From: Candidatus Dojkabacteria bacterium
GTDB taxonomy: Bacteria > Patescibacteriota > Dojkabacteria > SC72 > JAFGCJ01
Assembly: GCA_028696915.1 (NCBI GenBank)
Contig: JAQVGB010000007.1
Coordinates: forward strand, 1 to 21,840
DNA length: 21,840 nucleotides
Direction of reading: 5' to 3'
Shown: positions 1 through 9,048 of the stretch, piece by piece
Position numbering within the stretch: position 1 is the stretch's first letter
How the letters are laid out: each line of letters begins with the position of its first letter
Notes under the pieces: model-generated
What the model saw: only the letters and a program-made list of their open reading frames with translations
What the model was told of the DNA's origin: nothing
Database searches by the model: none
Translations under genes and position numbers: made by a program

Positions 1-1935
1 ATCGTCCATATCGCTCCCGGGTGCGGCGCGGAAGACTATGATCTCGGCAAGGAGGTTGGAGCGGACATAACGCTTTCACCGCTTGATGGAAGTGGTCACT
101 TCGTGGATGGGTACGGGGATATGGTCGGGAAATTTGCGCACGATGTGACTGACGAGGTGATCGCGTATCTGAAGGAACAGGGATCGTTGTACAAAACCGA
201 AGAGATAACCCACAGCTATCCTCACTGCTGGCGGTGCGGCACAAAGTCGCTGTTCCGTCTTGAGGACAACTGGTTTATCAATATTGAGAAAATCCGCGCG
301 AAGTTGAAAGAAAAGGCCGCAGATGCGAAATGGATCCCCGAATTTGCAGGTTATCGCATGCAGGACTGGCTGAACAACATGGGAGACTGGATGATCAGCA
401 GAAAACGCTTCTACGGGCTTTCACTGCCATTTTACGAGTGCTCTGCATGCGGAGAGCTGGTTGTGGTCGGAAGCAAGGAAGAGCTGAAAGAGCGTGCGGT
501 GAATCCCGAGGTCGTCGACTCGCTTCCGAGCCTTCACCGGCCATGGATCGACGAAGTCGCTATCACGTGTCCCTCCTGTGGCAAGGAAGTTCGCCGGATC
601 CAGGATGTGGGTGACTGCTGGCTCGATGCCGGAGTTGTGCCGTTTTCGACACTCAAGTATTTCGAAGACCGGTCCTACTGGGAAAAATGGTTCCCCGCCA
701 ATTATATTATTGAGATGATAGAACAGGTCAGACTGTGGTTCTACTCGATGCTTGTGTACGGAGTAATGTTTGAAAACGAGGTTCCGTACAAAGTGGTTGG
801 AAACTACGGAGAAGTCCGTGACGAAAACGGTATCCGCTTCAGTAAATCGAAAGTCAACTACATTCCCTTCGATGAAGCGGCTGAGAAAGCGGGGAGCGAT
901 GTCATCAGATGGGTGTATGTCACACAGTCACCGGGAACAAATCTGCGGTTTGGTTGGAGTGTGACCGAGGATGTGCGACGACGGTTTTATCTGCCGGTGT
1001 GGAACCTGTACTGTTATCTTGTCACCTATGCCAACCAGCACGGGTTTTCCCCTGACAAGGTACAGGACACGGGAAGTGATTCGGTGATGGACCGATGGGT
1101 ATTGGCTGAGCTTAATGAAGTTATCGAACGTGTGACCGAAAGTCTTGAGGCGTACGATGCATCGACCGCAAGCCGGAGAATTGAGCAGTTCGTAACCGAT
1201 CTGTCCACCTGGTATGTCCGACGGTCGCGTGACCGGTTCATGAAGGGCGATTTGCAGGCGCTGAGCACGTTGTATACCGTTATGACAACGCTGGCGAGAC
1301 TTCTAGCACCGTTTACTCCGTTTATCGCGGAGGAGATGATGCGCAACCTTCGCAGGAAAGACGATCCGGAAAGCATTCACCTTGCTGATTTTCCGGAGTC
1401 AAATTCCTCATGGGCAGATCCGGAGCTCACAAAGACAATGAAACAGGCGAGAGCTGTTGCCGCGTTGGGTCAAAGTGCTCGGGTTTCTGCGGGCATCCGC
1501 GTCAGACAGCCATTGTCGGAATTGCAGGTGAGCGGTGTTGCGCTCGAGGACGAGCTTTTGCGGATCATTGCCGACGAAATGAACGTCAAAACGGTGACAG
1601 CGGTCAGGAAGGTCAATGAGGCCGAGCATTGGGTGGTCCAGAAGGACAAAGCGCTCACGGTCAGTCTCAATACCGAGCTTTCTGGCGAGTTAATGGTCGA
1701 GGGGCTGTTCCGTGATGTCGTGCGGAAGGTCCAGCAAAGCCGCAAAGATGCAGGTCTGAAACCGGGCGAGCCGGTAAAAGTGACGATCGTTTCTCAGAAC
1801 GATTCGGTCCGTGAATTGGTCTCACAAAAAAATGAGGAGTTGAAACAGAGTGTATCGGCAAGCGACGTCGTTTTTACCGACGCGGTGCCATCCGAAGGCT
1901 CTCGAGAGCACGGCATTTCTGTTACAATTGACTAA
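1..1935 (+). CDS. ileS: Isoleucyl-tRNA synthetase, C-terminal 644 codons (5' end lies outside the window)
   Basis: Frame 1 is open from nt 1 (IVHIAPGCGAEDYDLGK...), upstream of the first Met listed in the ORF track at 103. It has a class-I KMSKS-type motif (RFSKSK) and Cys-pair zinc knuckles (CWRCGT, CSACG, CPSCG). The long C-terminal anticodon-binding region is typical of IleRS. Confidence 0.9.
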   Translation: MVHIAPGCGAEDYDLGKEVGADITLSPLDGSGHFVDGYGDMVGKFAHDVTDEVIAYLKEQGSLYKTEEITHSYPHCWRCGTKSLFRLEDNWFINIEKIRAKLKEKAADAKWIPEFAGYRMQDWLNNMGDWMISRKRFYGLSLPFYECSACGELVVVGSKEELKERAVNPEVVDSLPSLHRPWIDEVAITCPSCGKEVRRIQDVGDCWLDAGVVPFSTLKYFEDRSYWEKWFPANYIIEMIEQVRLWFYSMLVYGVMFENEVPYKVVGNYGEVRDENGIRFSKSKVNYIPFDEAAEKAGSDVIRWVYVTQSPGTNLRFGWSVTEDVRRRFYLPVWNLYCYLVTYANQHGFSPDKVQDTGSDSVMDRWVLAELNEVIERVTESLEAYDASTASRRIEQFVTDLSTWYVRRSRDRFMKGDLQALSTLYTVMTTLARLLAPFTPFIAEEMMRNLRRKDDPESIHLADFPESNSSWADPELTKTMKQARAVAALGQSARVSAGIRVRQPLSELQVSGVALEDELLRIIADEMNVKTVTAVRKVNEAEHWVVQKDKALTVSLNTELSGELMVEGLFRDVVRKVQQSRKDAGLKPGEPVKVTIVSQNDSVRELVSQKNEELKQSVSASDVVFTDAVPSEGSREHGISVTID

Positions 1936-3182
1936 TGCGAAAAGACTGGCTGTTATTCATCGATATCGTCTTATTGATGGCGATCGGTCTGACGACACTG
2001 ATCTCGACGGTTATCGGATCGGAGTCACTCCTGACCGGCGGGGGAGTGGTGAACAAACAACTGATCTTCATCATCGTCGGATTGACGGCATATTTTTGTG
2101 TGTCGTACTTCGATTTCCGTTTTACAGCCCATCCTCAGGTCTTGCTTCCGGTGTACCTTGTGATCCTCGCAAGCCTTATCGCATTGCTTTTTTTCGGGGT
2201 AGAGATTAACAATGCCAAACGGTGGATCCTCATCGGCGGGATTCAAATCCAGCCATCGGAGTTCATGAAATTGGTGCTGATTTTGGTCAATGCATGGATT
2301 TTCACCCGAAGGAAACGGTACAACGTGTACTTGCTGGCGGGTCTTTCATTCATTGTGACTGTTATTCCGGTCTTTTTCATATTCAAAGAACCTGACGCAG
2401 GCACGGCGATTGTGATGATGGGCTTCTGGGCGGCAATGGTGTTTTTTATTATTCCAGACCAGGTTCGGACTCTTCTGGTCGTTTCTACGGTAATTCTTGG
2501 TATTATTGCGGTTAACCTATTCCTTTCGGGCTTGTTGGTGGGCGGTGCGGTTACGGCGTTGGTCCTGTTGACGGTGGCGCTGTTCCTCATCATCCTCAGG
2601 AAGGTGCCGGTTGTGCTTGCTGTTATTATTCTTGGTGCGTCTGTCCTTCTTGGTTTTGGAGCACGATATATGTGGAACGATGTGCTTGGACAGTACCAGC
2701 GTGATCGCATTGAAGTATTTTTAAACCCCGAGGCACACCTGCAAGATAAAGGATTTCAGGTTGACCAGTCGAAAGTGGCGATCGGGTCGGGGATGCTTTA
2801 TGGAAAAGGGTTTGGACACGGGACGCAGAGCAAACTACAGTTTTTGCCGGAACACCAAACCGACTTCGCGTTTGCCGCGTTTGCCGAGGAGTTCGGGCTT
2901 GTGGGGGTGCTGACTTTGTTTGTGCTGTATGCCTTCCTCCTGGTGCGTATCCTGGCCACCGCGCTGACTGCAACCGATGAATACGGAACCCTCATATGTA
3001 TCGGCCTTGCAAGCAAATTGCTTATCGAGGTTTGTATTAATGTTGGAATGAACCTTGGGGTTACACCGGCAACCGGAGTACCTCTGCCTCTTATCAGCGC
3101 GGGGGGTAGTATTATGCTTATGACTCTTGTTGGACTGGGGATGGTTCAGAGTGTCAGACTTCACCGCGAGATTGAAAGTTAA
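1935..3182 (+). CDS. SEDS-family peptidoglycan polymerase / cell-division or elongation protein (FtsW/RodA/SpoVE family)
   Basis: 415 aa polytopic membrane protein with family-typical blocks: EPDAGTAIV, QSKVAIGSGMLYGKGFGHG, LPEHQTDFAFAAFAEEFGLVG and PATGVPLPLISAGGS. Its ATG overlaps the ileS stop by 1 nt. The FtsW versus RodA paralog cannot be decided from sequence alone. Confidence 0.85.
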   Translation: MRKDWLLFIDIVLLMAIGLTTLISTVIGSESLLTGGGVVNKQLIFIIVGLTAYFCVSYFDFRFTAHPQVLLPVYLVILASLIALLFFGVEINNAKRWILIGGIQIQPSEFMKLVLILVNAWIFTRRKRYNVYLLAGLSFIVTVIPVFFIFKEPDAGTAIVMMGFWAAMVFFIIPDQVRTLLVVSTVILGIIAVNLFLSGLLVGGAVTALVLLTVALFLIILRKVPVVLAVIILGASVLLGFGARYMWNDVLGQYQRDRIEVFLNPEAHLQDKGFQVDQSKVAIGSGMLYGKGFGHGTQSKLQFLPEHQTDFAFAAFAEEFGLVGVLTLFVLYAFLLVRILATALTATDEYGTLICIGLASKLLIEVCINVGMNLGVTPATGVPLPLISAGGSIMLMTLVGLGMVQSVRLHREIES

Positions 3183-3189
3183 GGAATAA

Positions 3190-3219
3190 TTGACACTATA
3201 CGTACCCCTACGCTAGAAT
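3190..3219 (+). promoter_or_regulatory. Sigma70-type promoter directly abutting the rplU start codon
   Basis: TTGACA (3190-3195), 18 nt spacer, TAGAAT (3214-3219). Only 9 nt separate the -10 box from the ATG at 3229, and there is no Shine-Dalgarno in between. Confidence 0.55.
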
Positions 3220-3228
3220 AGCCCTGTT

Positions 3229-3690
3229 ATGAAAAACAACTTCGCAGTCGTCGGTTTAGGCGGCACACAGCATATCGTATCGATAGGGGATGAAATCGTG
3301 GTTAACCGCCTTGAGGGAAAGAAAGGCGACCGTATCAATCTCGACGACGTCTTTCTTCTCCAAGATGATTCGAAGGTCACCTTGGGCACTCCGGTCCTTC
3401 CGGTGTCGGTCCAGGCCGTCATTGTGGAGCACCTGAAGGGCCCGAAGATTGATATTTTGACGTACAAAGCCAAGGCACGGTATCGCCGGGCAAAAGGACA
3501 CCGACAACTTCTCACAAAGATCTCTATCACAGTAATTGGAAAAGCGGCTACATCTTCGACCAAAGCGTCAGCTGACACATCCCCCGAAAAATCACGGAAA
3601 TCCGCCTCACCGTCAAGCAAGCCTGCTTCAGTCAAACGACCGTCTGCAACGTCAGCATCAAAAAAAAGGGTTGACCAGAAGAAAAAATAA
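3229..3690 (+). CDS. rplU: 50S ribosomal protein L21 with a ~50 aa Lys/Ser/Pro/Ala-rich C-terminal extension
   Basis: The N-terminal ~100 aa match the L21 pattern (FAVVGLGGTQHIVSIGDEIVVNRL...KGPKIDILTYKAKARYRRAKGHRQ). It sits in the conserved rplU...rpmA neighbourhood. The tail GKAATSSTKASADTSPEKSRKSASPSSKPASVKRPSATSASKKRVDQKKK is low complexity. Confidence 0.85.
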   Translation: MKNNFAVVGLGGTQHIVSIGDEIVVNRLEGKKGDRINLDDVFLLQDDSKVTLGTPVLPVSVQAVIVEHLKGPKIDILTYKAKARYRRAKGHRQLLTKISITVIGKAATSSTKASADTSPEKSRKSASPSSKPASVKRPSATSASKKRVDQKKK

Positions 3691-3705
3691 TCGGGGTCCT
3701 CTCCC

Positions 3706-4890
3706 ATGGTGTACTTTTTCACTCCCGGGCGCAAATGGCATCTCTCTCGTGCTGAACTCATCCGCGCTCTTCAAACAGCGGGCCTTCGGTTCGTCGAAAC
3801 AGCTTCAAACGAACAGGTTTTCCTCTTCGATATCGCCGCAGATCCGAATATGATGAAGGCGTTTTTTGAACGACTCGGCGGATTCATCCGGTTCGGAGAG
3901 GTTCTCGAAGATCCATTCGATTTCCTTGAAGCACACTTCACCGGCGGGGAAGCGTCCGACCGGCGTGTGTTATATGCGGTGTCGGTTTTTCAGCCCAGTA
4001 TTTCCAAAAAAGACAAAATTGAGAAAAAGATGAAGCTCGGGATGGCCATCAAGAAGTGGCTTAAGGAAAAAGGATACCGATGCCGTTTTGTTTCAAAAGG
4101 AAGTGATCCTGAGTCGTCTCTTGTGCTTTTGAAAGAAAATGACGTTATTGCGCGGGGATTTGAACTGGTGCTTGTTACGCATCCGAAACGACATGAGCCG
4201 TTATGGGGAAGGACCCTGTCTTACCAGGACTATGCGTCATTCTCGAAGAGAGATTACGACCGTCCTGCGGTGAATAAGAAAAAGGGAATGATACCGCCGA
4301 AACTTGCGCGGATGATGGTCAATCTTGCCGGTAAGCCAGAGGGAAGCACGGTGTGGGACCCATTTTGTGGAAGTGGGACAATCCTTATGGAGGCGCTTCT
4401 GCTCAAACAGAGAGCAGTGGGATCTGATATTGACCCCGTTTCGATTGAGGAAACGAAAAAGAACCTCGAGTGGACGAGCAACGAATTCTGGATTTCACAT
4501 CGTCAGTACTCGGTGTTCAGGCATGATATTACGCAGGGTATGCCGGAGGAGCTTACGTTTGACTGCATTGTGACCGAGCCGTACCTCGGTCCGGTGCTTC
4601 GAAAATCAATAAGCATTAACCAGCTGGAGCAGATTATCGATCAGTTGACTCCGCTGTACACGGCACTGGAGAACGTCCTCCTTGACGCAGCTAAAACAAA
4701 ACCCGTGACTGCAGTGTTTGTCGTTCCGAGCTTTAAGACGGAGCACGATTGGTTGGATATGGAAATCCCTCTGCCGTCAAATGATAAAATTCGCGATATA
4801 ACAGCGGAAATCAGTTCACAGCCCTTGCAATGGGACCGTCCGCATAGTATCATCAGACGTACTGTTAAGATTGTTCAAGCGGGAAGTTAG
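3706..4890 (+). CDS. Class I SAM-dependent methyltransferase, Trm11/RlmL-like (UPF0020-type) putative RNA methylase
   Basis: SAM motif I VWDPFCGSGTILMEALL, acidic motif II residue in VGSDID, and motif IV-like IVTEPYLGP in place of (D/N)PPY. The ~190 aa N-terminal domain precedes the catalytic domain, as in THUMP/Trm11-type enzymes. Substrate is unknown. Confidence 0.55.
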   Translation: MVYFFTPGRKWHLSRAELIRALQTAGLRFVETASNEQVFLFDIAADPNMMKAFFERLGGFIRFGEVLEDPFDFLEAHFTGGEASDRRVLYAVSVFQPSISKKDKIEKKMKLGMAIKKWLKEKGYRCRFVSKGSDPESSLVLLKENDVIARGFELVLVTHPKRHEPLWGRTLSYQDYASFSKRDYDRPAVNKKKGMIPPKLARMMVNLAGKPEGSTVWDPFCGSGTILMEALLLKQRAVGSDIDPVSIEETKKNLEWTSNEFWISHRQYSVFRHDITQGMPEELTFDCIVTEPYLGPVLRKSISINQLEQIIDQLTPLYTALENVLLDAAKTKPVTAVFVVPSFKTEHDWLDMEIPLPSNDKIRDITAEISSQPLQWDRPHSIIRRTVKIVQAGS

Positions 4891-5175
4891 ATGGCACATC
4901 TGAAATCAGCAGGATCAAAAGCGCATCAAGGCGTAAATATTGTAGGTAAACGGCTTGGACTGAAGCTCTATGATGGTCAGTTCGTCAAATCCGGGAATAT
5001 AATCGCCCGTCAGCGGGGCACGGTCTATCATCCAGGCAAAAACGTGCGGCTTGGCAGGGATTTTACACTGTACGCCGACAGTGAAGGAGTTGTGAAATTC
5101 CGGAGAATGACCGGAAACAAACGAAACCGATATTGTATTGATGTTCTTCCGCAGGAAGAACCACAAGGAGCGTAA
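4891..5175 (+). CDS. rpmA: 50S ribosomal protein L27
   Basis: MAHLKSAGS...[44 protein letters not shown] matches the L27 core (KRLG.K..GGQ.V..G.IIVRQRGT...PG.NVG.G.D.TLFA). It starts directly with MAH, so there is no Prp-cleaved N-terminal propeptide. Confidence 0.9.
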   Translation: MAHLKSAGSKAHQGVNIVGKRLGLKLYDGQFVKSGNIIARQRGTVYHPGKNVRLGRDFTLYADSEGVVKFRRMTGNKRNRYCIDVLPQEEPQGA

Positions 5176-5187
5176 CCCAGCATTCGT

Positions 5188-5940
5188 ATGCCGCGTCAAC
5201 GGACACGCTATATTCATGTCGAGAGCAAGAACGCCCTTCTCGAGCTACTCTATTCGGGCGCCGATTTCATAAAGATTTTTGTCGCAAACCACGCGTTCCG
5301 CGATCCCAAGACGAAAAAAATCATCGAAGCAGCCCGTCAGCGCGGTATTCCCGTAGAGCGCATCAACAGGCGCAGATTGGACCGGCTTGCACGAACTTCT
5401 ACCTGTGAGGGCCTGATCGGACTCAAACCTGCCCCGAAAGAGGTTCCCCTCAAAGAGATACTCAGACAGATTCGTGAGACACGCAAGCGGATCTTTGTCC
5501 TGCTACTCAATGACGTCAGCTACATGCAAAATATCGGAGCTCTATTGAGAACTGCATTTGCCTCCGGGGTGGATGTTGTCATCATCCCCAAACGGAAAGA
5601 TTCGCACCTGACCGAAGATGTCACGCGGATATCAAAGGGAGCAAGCGAGCGTGTTCCAATCGTTCAGATGAACCTTTTTCAGGCGATCACTATGTTAAAA
5701 GACGAGGGTGTTTCGATTATCGGGGTTCACATGGAAGGCACACCGTATCATGAGGCGGATCTTCGCGGTGATGTCGCGCTTGTGCTGGGAAACGAAGAGA
5801 TTGGCATTTCCGCACGCATCCTTCCGCGATGCGATAGCGTGGTGTCGATCCCGATGGAGGAAGGTCTTGACTCGCTCAATGTTGCCGCCGCCGGGGCAAT
5901 TGTCATGTTTGAAAAGAAGCGGCAGGATTCACAGAAGTAG
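5188..5940 (+). CDS. SpoU/TrmH-family RNA 2'-O-ribose methyltransferase (RlmB-like)
   Basis: SPOUT motifs are present: LLLNDVSYMQNIGALLRTAFASGVDVVII, LVLGNEEIGIS and SIPMEEGLDSLNVAAAGAIVMFE. The N-terminal substrate-binding domain is L30e-like. Confidence 0.8.
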   Translation: MPRQRTRYIHVESKNALLELLYSGADFIKIFVANHAFRDPKTKKIIEAARQRGIPVERINRRRLDRLARTSTCEGLIGLKPAPKEVPLKEILRQIRETRKRIFVLLLNDVSYMQNIGALLRTAFASGVDVVIIPKRKDSHLTEDVTRISKGASERVPIVQMNLFQAITMLKDEGVSIIGVHMEGTPYHEADLRGDVALVLGNEEIGISARILPRCDSVVSIPMEEGLDSLNVAAAGAIVMFEKKRQDSQK

Positions 5941-5972
5941 GGTCTACATTCTGCAAGACGTGGTTGATGCCT

Positions 5973-6848
5973 CTATCCGACAACTTTCCTGAGTATTTCC
6001 TCAAGATCGTCCGAGCTTCGGTATCGTATGACAATCTTTCCGCCGCCTTTCAGTTTCATGATCGAAAGTTTCATGCCCAGATGCCGTCTGAGGCGTTCCT
6101 CTATTTCAAGTGACCTCTTATCGAGCCTGCGTGGTCTTCCTTTTGCTGCTTGCTCTATCCCCTGAACGATCGTTCTGACAAGCTCTTCTGTCGCATGGAC
6201 AGATAGATTTTTGCGAATTACCGCGTCCGCGGCTGCAATCATGGAGTCAGGATCCTGGATCCCAAGTAGTGCACGTGCATGGCCTTCCGAGAGAATGTTG
6301 TCTAGCACCAGTTGTTTGATCTTTTCAGGGAGTTTGAGCAAACGGATCTTGTTGACGACGGCGACCCTGCTGAGACCGACTTTTTTGGCAATGTCAGATT
6401 GGGACAGAGAGAACTTTTCGCTGAGCTGTTTGAAGGCAAGTGCCTCTTCAATCGGGTTCAGGTCCTGCCGCTGGACATTTTCGATAACAGCCATCTCGAG
6501 CATTTGCTTCGGAGATGCCTCACGGACAACAACCGGGACGGTTCTTTGCTGAGATAATTGAGCTGCACGAAGCCGGCGTTCTCCGGCGATGAGCACGAAA
6601 TCCTTGTCACCTCGTTTTGTGACGATAAGTGGTTGAATAATGCCATTTTCTCTAATCGAGTCGGCTATCTCGATCAAATCTTCAGGCTTAATGGTCATCC
6701 GGGGCTGGTGCGGGTTGGGCGAGATATACTCGATCGGGAGGTTGGGAATATAGCCCTTTGACGACATATCGAGCGATTCTGTCGATATCAGTGCGGAAAG
6801 TCCCTTTCCAAGGGGGCTGGTTTTGACTGCGTCCGAGGAAGTGTTCAC
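5973..6848 (-). CDS. parB: Chromosome partitioning protein ParB/Spo0J (GTG start)
   Basis: ParB box LIAGERRLRAA, HTH segment SQSDIAKKVGLSRVAVVNKIRLLKLP, and a position immediately downstream of parA. Confidence 0.9.
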   Translation of the reverse strand: MNTSSDAVKTSPLGKGLSALISTESLDMSSKGYIPNLPIEYISPNPHQPRMTIKPEDLIEIADSIRENGIIQPLIVTKRGDKDFVLIAGERRLRAAQLSQQRTVPVVVREASPKQMLEMAVIENVQRQDLNPIEEALAFKQLSEKFSLSQSDIAKKVGLSRVAVVNKIRLLKLPEKIKQLVLDNILSEGHARALLGIQDPDSMIAAADAVIRKNLSVHATEELVRTIVQGIEQAAKGRPRRLDKRSLEIEERLRRHLGMKLSIMKLKGGGKIVIRYRSSDDLEEILRKVVG

Positions 6849-6869
6849 CGGTTCTATTGTACCTGATTT

Positions 6870-7658
6870 TTAACTAAAACGTTTGGCAAATTCCTTTGCC
6901 AGATCCTTATACGCGCGGGCGCCTGAAGAAAGCGTATCGTATATGTCGATCGGCTTTCCGTGGGACGGCGCTTCCGAAAGCTTCACATTTCGGGGGATAA
7001 TGGTCTCGAACACCAATCCCTTGAAGAATTCCTGTATCTCGCAAGCGACACTCGCGGATAATTTTGTACGAGAATCGAACATAGTCAGTATAACACCTTT
7101 GATCTCCAATGTCGGATTGAGGTTTTTTACAATGCGGACAGTTTCGATCAACTGTCCCAATCCCTCAAGCGCAAAATACTCACATTGAATGGGAACAATG
7201 ATCATGTCGGCCGCCACAAATGCGTTGATGGTCAGCAGTCCAAGTGACGGCGGACAGTCGATAAACACGTAATCGAATGGTTCATTAAATTCGCGTAGGG
7301 CGTTACGCAGAATGCTTTCTCTGGCAAGCTGGCTGACGAGCTCGATCTCGGCGCCCGCAAGCGAAAGATGTGCAGGAACGAGGTAGAGGTTCTTGATTGC
7401 TGTCGGAACAAACACCGAGGACAGCTTTTTGTTTTCGGTCAACACATCGTAAATGCTTGGGTAAGGCGATTCCGTAGACTGCGACCAGTCGACTTTGTTG
7501 ACTTTCTCGTAGCCGATTCCGGAAGTCAGGTTCGACTGCGGGTCAAGATCGATCAGTAGTACTTTTTTGCCAAGGTGGGTAAGTGCAGAACCGAGATTAA
7601 TGGCGGTCGTAGTCTTACCTACGCCTCCCTTCTGGTTTGCAATAACAAAGGTCTGCAT
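6870..7658 (-). CDS. parA: Chromosome partitioning ATPase ParA/Soj
   Basis: Deviant Walker A NQKGGVGKTTT, DLDPQ, and Walker B-like VFIDCPPSLG, with parB adjacent. Confidence 0.9.
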   Translation of the reverse strand: MQTFVIANQKGGVGKTTTAINLGSALTHLGKKVLLIDLDPQSNLTSGIGYEKVNKVDWSQSTESPYPSIYDVLTENKKLSSVFVPTAIKNLYLVPAHLSLAGAEIELVSQLARESILRNALREFNEPFDYVFIDCPPSLGLLTINAFVAADMIIVPIQCEYFALEGLGQLIETVRIVKNLNPTLEIKGVILTMFDSRTKLSASVACEIQEFFKGLVFETIIPRNVKLSEAPSHGKPIDIYDTLSSGARAYKDLAKEFAKRFS

Positions 7659-7670
7659 ATTGATGGTGTG

Positions 7671-8282
7671 CTATTCTGAATAATCCGGCCTCGGCACTAG
7701 TTTCATATGAGAAAACGGCCAGTAAATAAATAGTGCCCGGCCTTTTATCTGCTCCTCTTCAATCGGGCCGAAAGACCGTGAATCGGAGCTGTGGTTGCGG
7801 TTGTCTCCCATCACAAAGTATTTACCCTCCGGGACCGAATACACCTGCCCCTCCTTCAAGAACGCTCCGGGATCGGTGTACACACCTGCGTCCAGATACT
7901 CAGACTCGTCAAGGGGTTCTCCATTCACATGCACGGAACCGTCCCTGACCTCGACCGTATCGCCCGGGCCACCGATGACCCGCTTAATGTAGTCGTCGGT
8001 CTCAGTCTGTTTGAAAATGACAACGTCCCCTCGATTTGGTGAATTCAGGTGATAGGAAATCTTGTCGGCAAGCAGATACTCGCCGTTCCAGAAGCTGTCC
8101 TCCATGGAGCGCCCGATAACCTCGTGGGGCGAGGCGACGAACAGATAGACAAAAATAACAATAGCTCCGGCGATCACAAGGGTCTCGACGATGTCATACA
8201 CGCCGCGGACAAAGCGTCGTGCGACTCTTTTGGCTGCGGATTCCTGTTTGATGATTGTCTCGTCCGGTAGCATTCCTTCCAT
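7671..8282 (-). CDS. lepB: Signal peptidase I
   Basis: N-terminal TM segment, catalytic Ser box GRSMEDSF, Lys box YIKRVIGGPGD, and GDNRNHSSDSR. Confidence 0.9.
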   Translation of the reverse strand: MEGMLPDETIIKQESAAKRVARRFVRGVYDIVETLVIAGAIVIFVYLFVASPHEVIGRSMEDSFWNGEYLLADKISYHLNSPNRGDVVIFKQTETDDYIKRVIGGPGDTVEVRDGSVHVNGEPLDESEYLDAGVYTDPGAFLKEGQVYSVPEGKYFVMGDNRNHSSDSRSFGPIEEEQIKGRALFIYWPFSHMKLVPRPDYSE

Positions 8283-8476
8283 GTGATAGTGGCAGATTTA
8301 ACTAAGGTCCAAACGGATACTTCGATTATACGCTCTTGACCGGGCTTTGCCTATACAAGGCGGGCGTGTCCGGATTCTACACTGATCGAACGACAAAAAA
8401 CTCGTCTGGAACGACCCGCGACGTTATTGTTTGTCCGTCGCCCACCTCCCCTGTTTCCCCTATAGGTGGATGGGAT

Positions 8477-8549
8477 TGCCGCTACGGGGAATCGAACCCC
8501 GGTTTACGGGATGAAAACCCGTTGTCCTAGGCCACTAGACGATAGCGGC
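8477..8549 (-). tRNA. tRNA-Glu (anticodon UUC), CCA not encoded
   Basis: The reverse complement folds as a cloverleaf. The acceptor is GCCGCTA/TAGCGGC, the anticodon stem ACGGG/CCCGT with loop TTTTCAT, and the T arm CGGGG-TTCGATT-CCCCG. The D arm is identical in pattern to bacterial tRNA-Glu. Confidence 0.9.
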
Positions 8550-8575
8550 GTACATTTCCACACGATTGTACACGC

Positions 8576-8803
8576 TCATGCCCGTTTTGAAAACTCTTCC
8601 GCTTCGCGGAAAGTGGCGCGGCGGTAGCAGTCTGCGGTCCGGTCATACACAAACATACGTCTGCAGGAGCAGATCACAATTTCTTCTGTACCGTTGAATG
8701 CATGCTTCTGCATTTTATCAAGCGGTGCGGTGCACCCGGGACACAGTCGTTTCGCAAGCAGTACACGCTGGAACGGTGCGATAAGATTTTTAAATGTTTT
8801 CAT
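8576..8803 (-). CDS. Small hypothetical zinc-ribbon protein (75 aa from ATG 8803; TTG at 8818 is possible)
   Basis: Contains CPGC...(20 aa)...CSC, giving four Cys in two knuckles. The ORF lies between tRNA-Leu and tRNA-Glu on the same strand. No recognisable family. Confidence 0.4.
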   Translation of the reverse strand: MKTFKNLIAPFQRVLLAKRLCPGCTAPLDKMQKHAFNGTEEIVICSCRRMFVYDRTADCYRRATFREAEEFSKRA

Positions 8804-8880
8804 GACGTTTCGGTTCAAATGTTCAAGTTATGCTCGTCTTCTTCGTGTTCTTTTCGACGTATTTGTTCTCCAGGTCAGCT

Positions 8881-8909
8881 ATTATATGACAAAATGATGT
8901 CGTTGTGAT
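8881..8909 (-). promoter_or_regulatory. Candidate sigma70 promoter for the zinc-ribbon ORF / tRNA-Glu / lepB-parAB transcription unit
   Basis: On the minus strand: ATCACA (8904-8909), 17 nt spacer, then a perfect TATAAT (8881-8886). Confidence 0.35.
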
Positions 8910-8917
8910 CATCGATG

Positions 8918-9002
8918 TGCCGAGGAGAGGACTCGAACCTCCACAGGATATGCTCCCACATGGTCCTAAGCCATGCGCGTCTGCCAGTTCCGCCACCTCG
9001 GC
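8918..9002 (-). tRNA. tRNA-Leu (anticodon UAG), long variable arm, CCA not encoded
   Basis: Reverse complement GCCGAGGTGGCGGAACTGGCAGACGCGCATGGCTTAGGACCATGTGGGAGCATATCCTGTGGAGGTTCGAGTCCTCTCCTCGGCA. The acceptor is 7 bp, the anticodon loop is CTTAGGA, and the extra arm is class II. Confidence 0.9.
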
Positions 9003-9048
9003 AGGGTAAAATCCTCAAATTTCAGGAGGTGAACGTAATGCAGGAAGA

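Noticed and set aside
2025-3164. Multiple minus-strand ORFs inside the SEDS gene (2025-2246, 2243-2710, 2626-2973, 2798-3016, 2835-3164).
   Set aside because: They are antisense shadows of a strongly supported membrane-protein gene, with Arg/Pro/Thr-rich low-complexity translations.
3213-3761. 182-aa minus-strand ORF covering rplU.
   Set aside because: It is antisense to an unambiguous L21 gene and has no motifs.
6211-7188. Plus-strand ORFs within parB and parA (6211-6552, 6312-6557, 6558-6761, 6883-7188).
   Set aside because: They are antisense to well-supported parB and parA, and their translations are low complexity.
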